Source: Ruminococcus sp. (lineage in GTDB: Bacteria > Bacillota > Clostridia > Oscillospirales > Ruminococcaceae). From it: 64,000 bases of DNA. The notes beneath the pieces were generated by a model that saw only the letters and a list, made by a program, of their open reading frames with translations, did no database searches and had not been told where the DNA came from. The DNA is taken from positions 175-64,174 of the forward strand of contig SVNL01000004.1 of the NCBI GenBank assembly GCA_015066925.1. Direction: 5' to 3'. Shown here in pieces: positions 19,791 through 31,065 of this stretch (position 1 is the first letter of the stretch; each line of letters starts with the position of its first letter). The translations under genes were made by a program, and so were the position numbers.

Positions 19791-20075
19791 ATGAGCAGAA
19801 GCATTAAAAAAGGACCTTATGTCCAGGAGGTTCTTCTTAAGAGGGTTATGGCAATGAATGAAGCAGGTGAAAAGAAAGTTCTTAAAACCTGGAGCCGTTC
19901 ATCAACAATTTTCCCTGATTTTGTAGGACACACATTCGCAGTACATGACGGTCGTAAGCACGTTCCTGTATATGTGACAGAGGATATGGTAGGTCATAAG
20001 CTCGGTGAATTTGCACCAACAAGAACCTACAAGGGCCACGCAGGCTCAAAAACATCAAATAACGGTAAGAAATAG
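19791..20075 (+). CDS. rpsS: 30S ribosomal protein S19
   Basis: [20 protein letters not shown]. Confidence 0.98.
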   Translation: MSRSIKKGPYVQEVLLKRVMAMNEAGEKKVLKTWSRSSTIFPDFVGHTFAVHDGRKHVPVYVTEDMVGHKLGEFAPTRTYKGHAGSKTSNNGKK

Positions 20076-20093
20076 CGGAAGGAGGAGCTCACA

Positions 20094-20429
20094 ATGGAAG
20101 CAAGAGCTTATTTAAGAAATGCTCGTATATCACCAAGAAAGGTACAGATTGTTCTCGATCTTATCAGAAACAAGCCTGTTGACCTCGCATTAGCTACATT
20201 AGATCTTACTCCAAAGGCAGCAAGTCCTATTCTCGCAAAGCTTTTGAAGTCCGCTATGGCAAATGCTGAAAATAATAACAACATGGATAAGGATAACCTT
20301 TATGTTGCAGAATGTTTCGTAACACCGGGTCCTATCATGAAGAGAATTATGCCTAGAGCACAGGGCAGAGCATTCAGAATATTAAAGAGAACATCACATA
20401 TCACAATTGTTCTCAAAGAAAAAGAATAA
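20094..20429 (+). CDS. rplV: 50S ribosomal protein L22
   Basis: RISPRKV, PRAQGRA..KRTSHIT. Confidence 0.98.
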   Translation: MEARAYLRNARISPRKVQIVLDLIRNKPVDLALATLDLTPKAASPILAKLLKSAMANAENNNNMDKDNLYVAECFVTPGPIMKRIMPRAQGRAFRILKRTSHITIVLKEKE

Positions 20430-20448
20430 TCCCAAGGAGGTTTGAGAA

Positions 20449-21225
20449 ATGGGCCAGAAAGTTAATCCACACGGTCTTCGTGTCGGCGTTATAAAGGATT
20501 GGGATTCTCGCTGGTTTGCGAATAAGGCAGAATTTGGCGACACTCTTGTTGAGGACTACAATGTTCGTAATTTCATCAAGAAGAGCTTGTATGCAGCAGG
20601 TGTTCCAAAGGTAGAAATCGAACGTTTCGCTGATAAAGTCAGAATCCACATTCACTGCGCAAAGCCGGGTATTGTAATCGGCAGAGGCGGTACAGAAATC
20701 GATAAGCTTCGTGTAAAGCTCGAAGCAATGATGAAGAAGCAGGTTTTCATCAACATTTTAGAAGTTAAGCAGCCAGATATGGACGCTCAGCTCGTTGCAG
20801 AAAAGATTGCTCTTGATCTTGAAAACAGAATTTCATTCAGACGTGCAATGAAACAGTCAATCGGCAGAACAATGCGTCTTGGTGCAAAGGGTATCAAGGT
20901 AAAGGTTTCCGGTAGACTTGCAGGTGCTGAAATCGCAAGAAGCGAAAGCTATCACGAAGGTACAATTCCACTCCAGACAATCCGTGCAGATATCGATTAC
21001 GGATTTGCTGAAGCTGATACAACATACGGAAAGCTCGGCATAAAGGTATGGATTTACAAGGGTGAAGTTCTCAAGGGTGACGCTGCAAAGGCTGCTGCTC
21101 AGAGAGAAAAGATTGAAAAGAAGAATGACAGACCTGAAAGAAAGCGTCGCGACGATAGAAACGGCAACAGACGCAACAATAATTTCAAGGGTCGTGAAGC
21201 AAGAAGAGAAGGAGGTAACCAGTAA
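20449..21225 (+). CDS. rpsC: 30S ribosomal protein S3
   Basis: [22 protein letters not shown]. Confidence 0.98.
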   Translation: MGQKVNPHGLRVGVIKDWDSRWFANKAEFGDTLVEDYNVRNFIKKSLYAAGVPKVEIERFADKVRIHIHCAKPGIVIGRGGTEIDKLRVKLEAMMKKQVFINILEVKQPDMDAQLVAEKIALDLENRISFRRAMKQSIGRTMRLGAKGIKVKVSGRLAGAEIARSESYHEGTIPLQTIRADIDYGFAEADTTYGKLGIKVWIYKGEVLKGDAAKAAAQREKIEKKNDRPERKRRDDRNGNRRNNNFKGREARREGGNQ

Positions 21226-21647
21226 TGCTACTTCCAAAAAGAGTAAAATACCGCAGAGTCCACAGAGGACGTCTTAAGGGTAAGGCATACAGAGGTAATA
21301 CAGTAACATACGGTGATTTCGGTCTTCAGGCACTCGAACCTGCTTGGATTACTTCCAACCAGATTGAGTCTGCCCGTATCGCTATGACACGTTACATCAA
21401 GAGAGGCGGTCAGGTTTGGATTAAGATATTCCCTGATAAGCCAATAACAGAAAAGCCGGCTGAAACACGAATGGGTTCAGGTAAAGGTTCACCGGAATAC
21501 TGGGTAGCAGTAGTAAAGCCGGGCAGAGTAATGTTCGAAATCAAGGGCGTTGCTGAAGAAACTGCAAGAGAAGCTATGCGTCTTGCTATGCACAAGCTTC
21601 CAATCAAGTGCAAATTCATATGTAAAGAGCAAGGAGGGGAGCAGTAA
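21225..21647 (+). CDS. rplP: 50S ribosomal protein L16
   Basis: [21 protein letters not shown]. Confidence 0.98.
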   Translation: MLLPKRVKYRRVHRGRLKGKAYRGNTVTYGDFGLQALEPAWITSNQIESARIAMTRYIKRGGQVWIKIFPDKPITEKPAETRMGSGKGSPEYWVAVVKPGRVMFEIKGVAEETAREAMRLAMHKLPIKCKFICKEQGGEQ

Positions 21648-21844
21648 TGAAGGCATCTGAAATTAAAAATATGACAGTTGACGAAATGAACGAAAAGCTT
21701 GCTGGATTAAAGGAAGAGCTTTTTGCGCTCCGCTTTCAGCTTGCAGTAAATCAGCTCGAAAATACAGCTCGTCTTAAGGCTGTAAAGAAGGATATTGCTC
21801 GCATCAAGACAAATCTGCGTGCTGCAGAGCTTGAAAAGCAGTAA
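21647..21844 (+). CDS. rpmC: 50S ribosomal protein L29
   Basis: [17 protein letters not shown]. Confidence 0.97.
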   Translation: MKASEIKNMTVDEMNEKLAGLKEELFALRFQLAVNQLENTARLKAVKKDIARIKTNLRAAELEKQ

Positions 21845-21862
21845 GAAAGGGAGGATTTAGCT

Positions 21863-22120
21863 GTGTCTGAGAGAAACCTTAGAAAAACCAGAGTAGGTAA
21901 AGTTGTAAGCGACAAGATGGATAAAACAATCGTTGTTGCTATCGTTGACAATGTTAAACATCCGCTTTACAAGAAGATCATCAAGCGTACAATCAAGCTT
22001 AAAGCTCACGATGAAAAGAATGAGTGCAAGATTGGTGACCGCGTTGAGGTTATGGAAACACGTCCACTTTCAAAAGACAAGAGATGGCGTGTAACAAACA
22101 TTATTGAAAGAGCTAAGTAA
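21863..22120 (+). CDS. rpsQ: 30S ribosomal protein S17
   Basis: [23 protein letters not shown]. Confidence 0.98.
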   Translation: MSERNLRKTRVGKVVSDKMDKTIVVAIVDNVKHPLYKKIIKRTIKLKAHDEKNECKIGDRVEVMETRPLSKDKRWRVTNIIERAK

Positions 22121-22173
22121 TTAACCATATATATTGTATGAAAGCTTTTTAAGCTTGAAAGGAGGAACTCGCT

Positions 22174-22542
22174 GTGATACAGATGCAGACTTATTTGAAA
22201 GTCGCTGATAACACAGGCGCAAAGGAGCTTATGTGTATCAGAGTTCTGGGCGGTACACGTAGAAGATATGCAAATATCGGTGACGTTGTGGTAGCTTCTG
22301 TAAAGAAAGCAACACCCGGAGGCGTTGTAAAGAAGGGCGACGTTGTAAAGGCAGTAATCGTTCGTTCAGCAAAGGGTCTCAGAAGAGAAGACGGAACATA
22401 TATCCGTTTTGATGAGAATGCTGCTGTTATAATTAAGGAAGATAAGAATCCAAAGGGAACTCGTATATTCGGACCGGTTGCTAAGGAACTTCGTGAAAAA
22501 GAATACACAAAGATTCTTAGTCTTGCTCCGGAAGTACTTTAA
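22174..22542 (+). CDS. rplN: 50S ribosomal protein L14
   Basis: [23 protein letters not shown]. Confidence 0.98.
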   Translation: MIQMQTYLKVADNTGAKELMCIRVLGGTRRRYANIGDVVVASVKKATPGGVVKKGDVVKAVIVRSAKGLRREDGTYIRFDENAAVIIKEDKNPKGTRIFGPVAKELREKEYTKILSLAPEVL

Positions 22543-22560
22543 TGGAGGTGTCATTCGGTT

Positions 22561-22902
22561 ATGAGTAAAGTACATGTAAAAACAGGTGACACAGTAGTTC
22601 TCCTTAAGGGTAAATACGAAGACAAGTATGAAAAGAATGGCTCAAGAAAGACAGGTAAGGTTCTTGAAGTAAGCCCAAAGGAAGATAAAGTCATCGTTGA
22701 AGGTATCAACATCATCACAAAGCATGTAAAGCCAACAAGAATGGGTCAGCAGGGTGGAATAGTTAAGGCAGAAGCTCCGATTTATTCTTGCAAGGTACAG
22801 CTTGTGTGTCCTAAATGTGGCAAGGCTACAAGAGTAGGCCACGTTGTTGAGGACGGCAAGAAGCTCCGCGTTTGCAAGAAATGCGGTAAATCATTCAATT
22901 AA
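22561..22902 (+). CDS. rplX: 50S ribosomal protein L24
   Basis: KOW motif, VIVEGIN, EAPI; CPKC..CKKC tail. Confidence 0.97.
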   Translation: MSKVHVKTGDTVVLLKGKYEDKYEKNGSRKTGKVLEVSPKEDKVIVEGINIITKHVKPTRMGQQGGIVKAEAPIYSCKVQLVCPKCGKATRVGHVVEDGKKLRVCKKCGKSFN

Positions 22903-22914
22903 GGAGAGTGCGAC

Positions 22915-23454
22915 ATGGCAAGATTAAAAGATTATTATGTTAGCACAGTAGCTCCTGCAATGATGAAGAAGTTCGGCTATAAGAGTGTAATGCAGATTCC
23001 AAAGCTCGAAAAGGTAATCGTAAATGTAGGTGCCGGCGAAGCTAAGGATAATGCAAAGGTAATTGACGCTATAATGACTGATATTGCAGCAATTACAGGT
23101 CAGAAGCCGGTAGTTTGCAGAGCTAAGAAGTCAGTTGCTAACTTTAAGCTTCGTGAGGGAATGCCAATCGGCGTAAAGGTTACACTCAGAGGCGAAAAGA
23201 TGTACGAATTTGTTGACAAGCTCTTTAATGTAGCTTTCCCAAGAGTTCGTGACTTCAGAGGAATAAACCCTAACTCATTCGACGGAAAGGGTAACTACTC
23301 AACAGGTATAAAGGAACAACTCATTTTCCCTGAAATTGAGTACGATAAAATCGATAAGGTAAGAGGTATGGATATAAACTTCATTACAACTGCTGAAACC
23401 GATGAAGAAGCGAAAGAGCTGCTCACTCTTCTGGGTGCTCCATTCGTAAAGTAA
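22915..23454 (+). CDS. rplE: 50S ribosomal protein L5
   Basis: [18 protein letters not shown]. Confidence 0.98.
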   Translation: MARLKDYYVSTVAPAMMKKFGYKSVMQIPKLEKVIVNVGAGEAKDNAKVIDAIMTDIAAITGQKPVVCRAKKSVANFKLREGMPIGVKVTLRGEKMYEFVDKLFNVAFPRVRDFRGINPNSFDGKGNYSTGIKEQLIFPEIEYDKIDKVRGMDINFITTAETDEEAKELLTLLGAPFVK

Positions 23455-23473
23455 TCTAGGGAGGAAAAATTAA

Positions 23474-23659
23474 ATGGCTAAAAAGGCAATGATTAATAAG
23501 CAGCAGAGAACTCCCAAGTATTCCACAAGAGCATATAACAGATGCAAGATTTGTGGCAGACCACATGCATATCTGAGAAAGTTCGGCATTTGCCGTATCT
23601 GCTTCAGAGAACTCGCGCATGACGGTCAGATTCCAGGGGTTAAGAAGGCAAGCTGGTAA
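23474..23659 (+). CDS. rpsZ: 30S ribosomal protein S14, zinc-binding type Z
   Basis: 61 aa, CKICGR..CRICFRE. Confidence 0.97.
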   Translation: MAKKAMINKQQRTPKYSTRAYNRCKICGRPHAYLRKFGICRICFRELAHDGQIPGVKKASW

Positions 23660-23683
23660 AATACAATAAGGAGGTCATTCGGC

Positions 23684-24082
23684 ATGCAAATTACTGATAC
23701 AATAGCAGATCTTTTAACAAGAATTCGTAATGCGAATTCAGCAAAGCACGCAACCGTTGACGTTCCAGCTTCAAATGTAAAGAAGGCTATTACACAGATT
23801 CTCGTAGATGAGGGTTATGTAAAGAGCTTCCAGCTCATTGAAGATGGTAAGCAGGGTGTTATCAGAATTACATTAAAGTATGGCGACAATAAGTCACCGG
23901 TAATCACAGGCTTACGTAGAGTGTCAAAGCCGGGTTTGCGTATATATGCAAGCTGTGCAGATATGCCAAAGGTAAGAAAAGGCCTTGGTATTGCAATAGT
24001 TTCAACATCTAAGGGCATCGTTACTGATAAGAAGGCTCGTGAGCTTAATGTCGGCGGCGAAGTATTAGCATACATTTGGTAA
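23684..24082 (+). CDS. rpsH: 30S ribosomal protein S8
   Basis: [17 protein letters not shown]. Confidence 0.98.
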   Translation: MQITDTIADLLTRIRNANSAKHATVDVPASNVKKAITQILVDEGYVKSFQLIEDGKQGVIRITLKYGDNKSPVITGLRRVSKPGLRIYASCADMPKVRKGLGIAIVSTSKGIVTDKKARELNVGGEVLAYIW

Positions 24083-24095
24083 GGAGGAAGCTGAT

Positions 24096-24641
24096 ATGTC
24101 AAGAATTGGAAAAATGCCTATTAGCGTTCCTGCCGGTGTAGAGGTAAAAAACGCTGATAACTGCATTACAGTAAAAGGCCCAAAGGGCGAACTTACAAAA
24201 CAGTTCAGTAAAGAGCTTACAATTGATATCGCAGATGGCGTTATCACAGTAGCAAGACCAAACGATAAGAAAGAGAACAGAGCTCTTCATGGTCTTACAA
24301 GAACACTCATCGCTAATATGGTAGAGGGTGTATCAAACGGATATTCAAAAACACTTGAAATCGAGGGTGTAGGTTACAGAGCTGCAAAGCAGGGTAAGGA
24401 CCTCGTAATGAACCTCGGTTATTCACACCAGGTAATAATGTCAGAAGGCAACGGAATTACAATCGAAGTTCCACAGCCAAATAAGATTGTTATCAATGGT
24501 ATCGACAAGCAGGCTGTAGGTCAGTTTGCAGCAGAAGTACGTGAAAAGCGTCCACCTGAGCCATATAAGGGCAAGGGTATCAGATATGTCGGCGAACGTA
24601 TCATCCGCAAGGAAGGTAAAGCCGGTAAGGGCAAGAAGTAA
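24096..24641 (+). CDS. rplF: 50S ribosomal protein L6
   Basis: MSRIGK, PEPYKGKGIRY. Confidence 0.98.
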   Translation: MSRIGKMPISVPAGVEVKNADNCITVKGPKGELTKQFSKELTIDIADGVITVARPNDKKENRALHGLTRTLIANMVEGVSNGYSKTLEIEGVGYRAAKQGKDLVMNLGYSHQVIMSEGNGITIEVPQPNKIVINGIDKQAVGQFAAEVREKRPPEPYKGKGIRYVGERIIRKEGKAGKGKK

Positions 24642-24660
24642 TTAAAAGGAGTAGATTGCT

Positions 24661-25020
24661 ATGATTAAAAAGATTGACAGCAATAAAGCCAGATTAAAAA
24701 GACATCGCAGAGTTCGTGCGAAGATTTCCGGTACTCCTGAGCGTCCACGTCTTAACGTTTTCCGTTCATCAAAGCATATCTATGCACAGCTTATAGACGA
24801 CGTTAATGGAGTTACTCTTGCATCAGCATCAAGCATGGACAAGGGCTTCGAAGGTAACGGCGGCAATGTAGAAGGTGCACGTAAGGTTGGCGAGATGATA
24901 GCAAAGAACGCACAGGCAAAGGGAATCAGCGAAGTTGTATTCGACAGAGGCGGCTATCTCTATCACGGAAGAGTGAAGGAACTTGCAGAAGGCGCTCGTG
25001 AAAACGGATTAAAGTTCTAA
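24661..25020 (+). CDS. rplR: 50S ribosomal protein L18
   Basis: [21 protein letters not shown]. Confidence 0.98.
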   Translation: MIKKIDSNKARLKRHRRVRAKISGTPERPRLNVFRSSKHIYAQLIDDVNGVTLASASSMDKGFEGNGGNVEGARKVGEMIAKNAQAKGISEVVFDRGGYLYHGRVKELAEGARENGLKF

Positions 25021-25035
25021 GAGGGAGGAAAAACG

Positions 25036-25536
25036 ATGGCTAAAATAGATGCACAGGGCTTGGAGCTTGAAGAAAAGGTTGTTTCTATCAACCGTGTTTC
25101 AAAGACAGTAAAGGGCGGACGTATCATGAAGTTTGCAGCACTCGTAGTAGTAGGCGACGGAAATGGTATCGTAGGCTTTGGTCTTGGTAAGGCAGGCGAA
25201 GTTCCGGATGCAATCCGCAAGGGCATCGAAGATGCAAAGAAGAATCTTGTAAAGATTGCATTAAAGGGAACAACAATCCCTCATGAAATAATCGGTGAAT
25301 TCGGCGCAGGAAGAGTTCTTATGAAGCCGGCAGCACCTGGTACAGGTGTTATCGCAGGTGGTCCTGTTCGTGCCGTAATCGAAGTAGCAGGTATCAAGGA
25401 TATCAGAACAAAGTCACTGCGTTCAAACAATCCTTGCAACGTTGTAAGAGCTACAATTAACGGTCTTGCTTCATGCACAACAGCAAAAGAAGTTGCTGAA
25501 AAGAGAGGCAAAACAGTTAAGGAAATTTTAGGTTAA
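25036..25536 (+). CDS. rpsE: 30S ribosomal protein S5
   Basis: [22 protein letters not shown]. Confidence 0.98.
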   Translation: MAKIDAQGLELEEKVVSINRVSKTVKGGRIMKFAALVVVGDGNGIVGFGLGKAGEVPDAIRKGIEDAKKNLVKIALKGTTIPHEIIGEFGAGRVLMKPAAPGTGVIAGGPVRAVIEVAGIKDIRTKSLRSNNPCNVVRATINGLASCTTAKEVAEKRGKTVKEILG

Positions 25537-25549
25537 GGAGGCAGCAGAA

Positions 25550-25726
25550 ATGGCAAAGGAAATCAAGCTCGTAAAGAGCCTTATTGGTAGAAAAAAAGAC
25601 CAGATTGCTACTGCTCAGTCACTTGGCTTAAAGAAGGTTGGAGATATTACAGTTCAGCCTGACAACGAGCAGACAAAAGGTAAAATTAAGAAGATAATTC
25701 ACCTCGTTGAGGTACAAGAAGCGTAA
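25550..25726 (+). CDS. rpmD: 50S ribosomal protein L30 (not in the ORF track, 58 aa)
   Basis: Translated by hand: [32 protein letters not shown]...HLVEVQEA; aggagg RBS. Confidence 0.95.
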   Translation: MAKEIKLVKSLIGRKKDQIATAQSLGLKKVGDITVQPDNEQTKGKIKKIIHLVEVQEA

Positions 25727-25745
25727 ACAAGGAGGTGCAAACCAA

Positions 25746-26186
25746 ATGAAAATTCACGAATTAACACCAGCTGCTGATTCAAATAAGGCAGTAAAGCGTG
25801 TAGGTAGAGGCCACGGTTCAGGTAACGGCAAAACAGCCGGTAAGGGACATAAGGGTCAGAATGCACGTTCAGGCGGTGGCGTAAGAATCGGCTTTGAGGG
25901 TGGACAGATGCCATTGGCAAGACGTATCCCAAAGAGAGGATTCAACAACGTTTTTGCAACAAAGTATTCAATTATTAACGTATCAGATCTTAATAAGTTC
26001 ACAGACGGTACTGTAGTTGATACAGAGCTTCTCGTGGCAGCAGGTCTTGTAAAGAAGATTAACGATGGAGTAAAAGTACTCGGTAATGGTGAGCTTACAG
26101 CAAAGGTAACAGTAAAGGCTGCTAAGTTTACAAAGAGTGCAATCGAAAAAATCGAAAAGGCTGGCGGGAAAGCTGAGGTGATGTAA
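25746..26186 (+). CDS. rplO: 50S ribosomal protein L15
   Basis: [21 protein letters not shown]. Start MKIHEL after aggagg. Confidence 0.98.
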   Translation: MKIHELTPAADSNKAVKRVGRGHGSGNGKTAGKGHKGQNARSGGGVRIGFEGGQMPLARRIPKRGFNNVFATKYSIINVSDLNKFTDGTVVDTELLVAAGLVKKINDGVKVLGNGELTAKVTVKAAKFTKSAIEKIEKAGGKAEVM

Positions 26187-26187
26187 T

Positions 26188-27507
26188 GTGTTTGAAACCT
26201 TGAGAAATGCCTGGAAATTACAGGATTTAAGAAAGAAAATTCTTTACACATTACTCATGATTATCATTTTCAGATTTGGAAGTTCAATAACAGTTCCATT
26301 CCTCGATACATCACTTGTTGGTACATGGATGGAGGATAATGCTGTAAACGGTAACTTCCTTGAATATCTGGATACAATGACAGGTGGTGCCTTGTCAAAG
26401 GCTACTATCTTCTCACTTTCAATTACCCCATACATTAATGCATCAATCATAATGCAGCTTCTGACCTATGCACTTCCTCCACTCGAAAGAATGCAGCAGG
26501 AAGGTGAAGAGGGAAGAAAGACACTCAATAAGATTACGGCTTTCGTAGCTTTAGGTCTTGCACTCTTTATGTCAGTTGCTTATTATATGACACTTAAAAA
26601 CAGTATGAATGCTATTCCGGCTAAGTATCTTAACGGCTGGCACGAATACTTTGTCGCTGCTGTAATTATTGCAAGCTTTATGGCAGGTGCTTCACTTGTT
26701 ATCTGGATGGGTAACAGAATTAATGATAAGGGTATCGGAAATGGTGTTTCAATGCTCCTCTTTGCAGGTATTGTAGCAAGATTTCCAAAGGATATGGGTA
26801 CACTTATTTCACTTACAAAGAGTGACCCGGCAAAATATCTTTTCGTAACAATCGGTGTTTTATTATTCTTCGTTCTTATGATCGGTTTCATCGTATTTAT
26901 GAACGAATCAGAACGCAGAATTACAATTCAGTACGCAAAACGTGTTGTTGGCAGAAAACAGTACGGCGGACAGAAAACACATATTCCGATTAAAATTTGT
27001 ATGAGCGGTGTTATGCCAATCATCTTTGCAATGTCATTTATGTCATTGCCGCAGACAATTCAGCTTTTCAAGCCACTTGATCCTAAAGTAACAAGCGGAT
27101 TTTATTATCACTTCTGCAAGTTCTTTAGTACACATAGCTTCTCATATGCAATCATCTATTTCCTTTTGATTATCGGATTCAACTACTTCTATGTTTCAAT
27201 GCAGTATAATCCGGTTCAGATTGCAAATGATCTTCGTCAGAGCAACGGCGGTATCCCAGGTATCAGACCTGGTAAGCCAACTTCTGATTATCTTCAGAAG
27301 GTTCTTTCAAAGATAACAATTGTCGGCGCATTTTTCTTAGGTGTGATTGCAGTTATTCCGATCTTTGTATCAATGGCTGATTCAAACCTCAGCAACCTTT
27401 CAATGGGTGGTACATCAATACTTATCGTTGTAAGCGTTGCACTTGAAACAAGTCGTACATTGGAATCTCAGATGATGATGCGTCATCATAAGGGCTTCCT
27501 GCAGTAA
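26188..27507 (+). CDS. secY: Preprotein translocase SecY
   Basis: ITPYINASII, GIGNGVS, IPGIRPG, GGTSILIVV. Confidence 0.98.
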   Translation: MFETLRNAWKLQDLRKKILYTLLMIIIFRFGSSITVPFLDTSLVGTWMEDNAVNGNFLEYLDTMTGGALSKATIFSLSITPYINASIIMQLLTYALPPLERMQQEGEEGRKTLNKITAFVALGLALFMSVAYYMTLKNSMNAIPAKYLNGWHEYFVAAVIIASFMAGASLVIWMGNRINDKGIGNGVSMLLFAGIVARFPKDMGTLISLTKSDPAKYLFVTIGVLLFFVLMIGFIVFMNESERRITIQYAKRVVGRKQYGGQKTHIPIKICMSGVMPIIFAMSFMSLPQTIQLFKPLDPKVTSGFYYHFCKFFSTHSFSYAIIYFLLIIGFNYFYVSMQYNPVQIANDLRQSNGGIPGIRPGKPTSDYLQKVLSKITIVGAFFLGVIAVIPIFVSMADSNLSNLSMGGTSILIVVSVALETSRTLESQMMMRHHKGFLQ

Positions 27508-27519
27508 GGGGATTTAATT

Positions 27520-28152
27520 ATGAATTTAATATTTTTAGGTGCTCCCGGTGCGGGAAAAGGTACTCAGGCTGAAGTAGTTTCAGAGGCACTCAGTATCCCA
27601 CAGATTTCAACAGGCAACATTCTTCGTGAAGCTGCTAAAAACGGCACAGAATACGGTCTCAAGGCTAAGGCAGCTATGGACGCAGGAGCTCTCGTTTCAG
27701 ACGATATCGTTATCGGTATCCTTAAAGAGAGAATCGCTGAGGACGACTGCAAGAATGGTTTCATTCTTGACGGTTTCCCAAGAACTGTTCCACAGGCTCA
27801 GGCTCTTGATGATATGAATATTAAAATCGATAAGGTAGTAGAAATCTCAGTTGCTGATGAAACAATCAAGCAGAGAGTTTCAGGCAGAAGAGTATGCGAA
27901 GGCTGCGGTGCTTCATACCACATTGAGTATAAGCCATCAAAGGTTGAAGGCAAGTGCGATAAGTGCGGCGGAGCTACAATAATCCGTAAGGACGACCAGC
28001 CTGAAACAGTTCTTGAAAGACTTGCTGTATATCATGAAAAAACAGCTCCTCTTAAAGACTATTACGAAAAACAGGGTAAACTTGTTACTGTTGAAGGACA
28101 GGAGGAAGTTGCTGAAACTTCAAAACTTACTCTTGCAGCAGTCGGAGCATAA
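27520..28152 (+). CDS. adk: Adenylate kinase (zinc lid)
   Basis: GAPGAGKGTQ, GFILDGFPRT, CEGC..CDKC. Confidence 0.98.
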   Translation: MNLIFLGAPGAGKGTQAEVVSEALSIPQISTGNILREAAKNGTEYGLKAKAAMDAGALVSDDIVIGILKERIAEDDCKNGFILDGFPRTVPQAQALDDMNIKIDKVVEISVADETIKQRVSGRRVCEGCGASYHIEYKPSKVEGKCDKCGGATIIRKDDQPETVLERLAVYHEKTAPLKDYYEKQGKLVTVEGQEEVAETSKLTLAAVGA

Positions 28153-28155
28153 ATA

Positions 28156-28905
28156 ATGATAAGCATAAAATCAAAAACCGATTTAGCTAAAATGCGTGAT
28201 GCAGGCAAAATTGCCGGTCAGGCATTGCAGCTTGCCGGTGAATCTATAAAAGCAGGTATGACTACTCTTGAGCTTGATAAAATCGTTCACGATTATATCA
28301 TAAGCTGTAATGCAAAGCCATCATTCCTCGGATATGGCGGCTTTCCGGGTAGTGCTTGCATTTCAATAAATAATGAGGTAATTCACGGAATACCTCGTGC
28401 TTCAAAGATAATTCGTGAGGGCGATATCGTAAGCGTCGATGTGGGAGCCTTTTATAACGGTTTTCACGGTGATACATGTGCGACATTCCCATGCGGAAAA
28501 ATATCCGAAGAAGCAAAGGCATTGTTAGAGATTACTGAAGCCAGCCTTTATAAAGGTATAGAAGCTGCTCAGGTAGGAGCAAGATTAGGTGATGTAAGCC
28601 ATGCGGTTGAGGAGTATTGCTCTTCAAGAGGCTATGGCATAGTAAGAAATTATTGCGGTCACGGAATCGGAAGAAATCTTCATGAATCACCAGAAGTACC
28701 AAATTACGGTGAGGCAGGCAAAGGCCCAAGACTGACAGCCGGAATGACAATCTGCATCGAGCCGATGATAAATGCAAAAGGCGACGGTGTAAAGGTTCAG
28801 AAGGATGGTTGGACTGTTCTGACGGCAAGTGGTTCACTTTCAGCTCACTTTGAGCACACAATCGCATTAACTTCAGATGGTCCTGTTATAATGACAAGAC
28901 CGTAA
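28156..28905 (+). CDS. map: Methionine aminopeptidase type I
   Basis: NEVIHGIP, GHGIG..LHE, EPM, SAHFEHT. Confidence 0.97.
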   Translation: MISIKSKTDLAKMRDAGKIAGQALQLAGESIKAGMTTLELDKIVHDYIISCNAKPSFLGYGGFPGSACISINNEVIHGIPRASKIIREGDIVSVDVGAFYNGFHGDTCATFPCGKISEEAKALLEITEASLYKGIEAAQVGARLGDVSHAVEEYCSSRGYGIVRNYCGHGIGRNLHESPEVPNYGEAGKGPRLTAGMTICIEPMINAKGDGVKVQKDGWTVLTASGSLSAHFEHTIALTSDGPVIMTRP

Positions 28906-28918
28906 CGGAGGGGATAAT

Positions 28919-29158
28919 GTGAACGCTGTAAAAGGCTTAGTCGTTAAGGCAGTTGCCGGAAGAGATAACGGAAAATATTTCGTAATACTCGGAAAAGAAG
29001 ATAAATACTGCTTAATCGCAGATGGAAAAAGCCGAAAGCTTTCATCACCGAAGCGAAAAAGCATAAAGCATTTAAGCTTTACAGGTAACGTCATAGATAT
29101 AAACGATATAACAGATAAAAAGCTCAGAAAGGTGTTGGGTGAATACTCAGACACTTAA
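28919..29158 (+). CDS. KOW-domain RNA-binding protein (L14e-like)
   Basis: AGRDNGKYFVI..IADGKSRK..PKRK; usual map-infA position in Firmicutes. Confidence 0.88.
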   Translation: MNAVKGLVVKAVAGRDNGKYFVILGKEDKYCLIADGKSRKLSSPKRKSIKHLSFTGNVIDINDITDKKLRKVLGEYSDT

Positions 29159-29177
29159 CCGATTAGGAGGGTAAAGT

Positions 29178-29396
29178 ATGTCAAAGGAAGATGTAATCGA
29201 AGTAGAAGGCAAGGTTCTTGAAGCGTTGCCGAATGCAATGTTTAAGGTTCAGCTTGAAAATGGTCATGAGGTTCTTTCACATGTATCAGGTAAGCTCAGA
29301 ATGAACTATATCAGAATAGTTCCGGGAGATAAGGTAAAGTTAGAGCTTTCTCCATACGATCTTACCAAGGGAAGAATAACATGGCGTGTAAAGTAA
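29178..29396 (+). CDS. infA: Translation initiation factor IF-1
   Basis: [27 protein letters not shown]. Confidence 0.98.
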   Translation: MSKEDVIEVEGKVLEALPNAMFKVQLENGHEVLSHVSGKLRMNYIRIVPGDKVKLELSPYDLTKGRITWRVK

Positions 29397-29443
29397 AAAA
29401 ATAGAGCTTAAAAACTCGTCAATCCGTTAAGGAGGTAATTTCA

Positions 29444-29557
29444 ATGAAAGTTAGACCTTCAGTAAAACCAATTTGCGAAAAATGCAAGGTTATTAAACGT
29501 AAGGGCAGAATAATGGTAATCTGCGAAAATCCAAAGCATAAACAGCGTCAGGGTTAA
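29444..29557 (+). CDS. rpmJ: 50S ribosomal protein L36 (not in the ORF track)
   Basis: [37 protein letters not shown]. Confidence 0.98.
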   Translation: MKVRPSVKPICEKCKVIKRKGRIMVICENPKHKQRQG

Positions 29558-29590
29558 TCCCGTCGCATTAATGGAGGTGCAAATAACAAT

Positions 29591-29959
29591 ATGGCAAGAA
29601 TATCTGGTGTTGACCTTCCAAAGAACAAGAGAGTAGAAATCGGACTCACTTATATCTACGGAATCGGTCGTCAGACTGCTACAACAATCCTCGCAAATAC
29701 AGGAGTAAATCCTGATACAAGAGTTAAGGACCTCTCAGAAGAGGATGTAGCAAAATTGCGTGACTATATCGATGCTCACTATACAGTTGAAGGTGACCTT
29801 CGTAGAGAAGTAGCCCTCAATATCAAGAGATTAGTTGAAATAGGCTGTTACAGAGGCGTTCGTCACCGTAAGGGACTTCCTGTAAGAGGACAGAGAACAA
29901 AGACAAACGCAAGAACACGTAAGGGTCCTGTAAAGACAATCGCAAACAAGAAGAAGTAA
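29591..29959 (+). CDS. rpsM: 30S ribosomal protein S13
   Basis: [27 protein letters not shown]. Confidence 0.98.
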   Translation: MARISGVDLPKNKRVEIGLTYIYGIGRQTATTILANTGVNPDTRVKDLSEEDVAKLRDYIDAHYTVEGDLRREVALNIKRLVEIGCYRGVRHRKGLPVRGQRTKTNARTRKGPVKTIANKKK

Positions 29960-29972
29960 GGAGGTATGAGCT

Positions 29973-30377
29973 TTGGCACAGCAGAAAGGTAAAAAGGTTT
30001 CTACTATCAGAAGACGTAGAGAGCGTAAAAACATCGAAAGTGGCGCAGTTCATATTCAGTCCACTTTTAACAATACAATTGTAACAATTACTGATACACA
30101 GGGTAACGCTATTTCATGGGCAAGTGCAGGCGGACTCGGTTTCAGAGGTTCAAAGAAGTCAACTCCGTTTGCAGCACAGACAGCAGCAGAAACAGCAGCT
30201 AAGGCAGCTATGGAGCATGGTCTTAAGACAGTTGAGGTATACGTAAAGGGTCCTGGTTCAGGCCGTGAAGCAGCAATCAGAGCACTTCAGACAGTTGGTC
30301 TTGAGGTTAAGATGATTAAGGACGTAACCCCAATTCCACACAACGGTTGCCGTCCTCCAAAGAGAAGACGTGTCTAA
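29973..30377 (+). CDS. rpsK: 30S ribosomal protein S11
   Basis: [21 protein letters not shown]; TTG start. Confidence 0.98.
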   Translation: MAQQKGKKVSTIRRRRERKNIESGAVHIQSTFNNTIVTITDTQGNAISWASAGGLGFRGSKKSTPFAAQTAAETAAKAAMEHGLKTVEVYVKGPGSGREAAIRALQTVGLEVKMIKDVTPIPHNGCRPPKRRRV

Positions 30378-30400
30378 TTTTACGGGAGGTGTAAGTAGAA

Positions 30401-31000
30401 ATGGCAGTAAATAGAGAGCCAATTCTGAAGAGATGCAGATACTTAGGAATCAGCCCTGCAGTAATGGGTGTTTCTAAGAAGGAATCTATCAGATTTAAGA
30501 ATGCAAACAACAGAAAGAAGATTTCTGAATACGGTTTGCAGTTAAAGGAAAAGCAGAAGCTCAAGTTCATCTACGGCGTACTCGAAAAGCAGTTCTATCA
30601 CTACTTTGAAATCGCATCAAAGATGGAAGGTAAGACAGGTGATAACCTTATTACATGTCTCGAATCAAGACTTGACAGCGTTGTATACAGAATGGGCCTT
30701 GCTCTTACAAGAAGAGAAGCAAGACAGCTCGTTGTACACAATCACTATACAGTAAACGGTAAGAAGGTAAACATTCCATCTTACAGAGTAAAGGTTGGAG
30801 ATGTAATCGCTCTGGCTGAAAAGGATAAGACTTCAGAAAAGTTTAAGTCAACTGTAGAGGCTACTAAGGATAGAGTTGTTCCAATGTGGTTAAACGCAAA
30901 TAAAGACAACTTCTCAGCATCAGTAGTACGTATGCCAGTAACAGAAGATATTGACTATGAAGTTGCAGCACACCTCATCGTCGAATTGTATTCTAAGTAA
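30401..31000 (+). CDS. rpsD: 30S ribosomal protein S4
   Basis: SEYGLQLKEKQK, LESRLD, IVELYSK. Confidence 0.98.
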   Translation: MAVNREPILKRCRYLGISPAVMGVSKKESIRFKNANNRKKISEYGLQLKEKQKLKFIYGVLEKQFYHYFEIASKMEGKTGDNLITCLESRLDSVVYRMGLALTRREARQLVVHNHYTVNGKKVNIPSYRVKVGDVIALAEKDKTSEKFKSTVEATKDRVVPMWLNANKDNFSASVVRMPVTEDIDYEVAAHLIVELYSK

Positions 31001-31065
31001 TATAAAGATATTGCTTGGTTTCATTTGCAAAAATATTATAGTTATTGCGAAATAGGAGGGTTTTT

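Noticed and set aside
22561-29557. Cys4 zinc motifs in L24, S14, L36 and Adk
   Set aside because: Zinc-binding forms are common in Clostridia; not novel.
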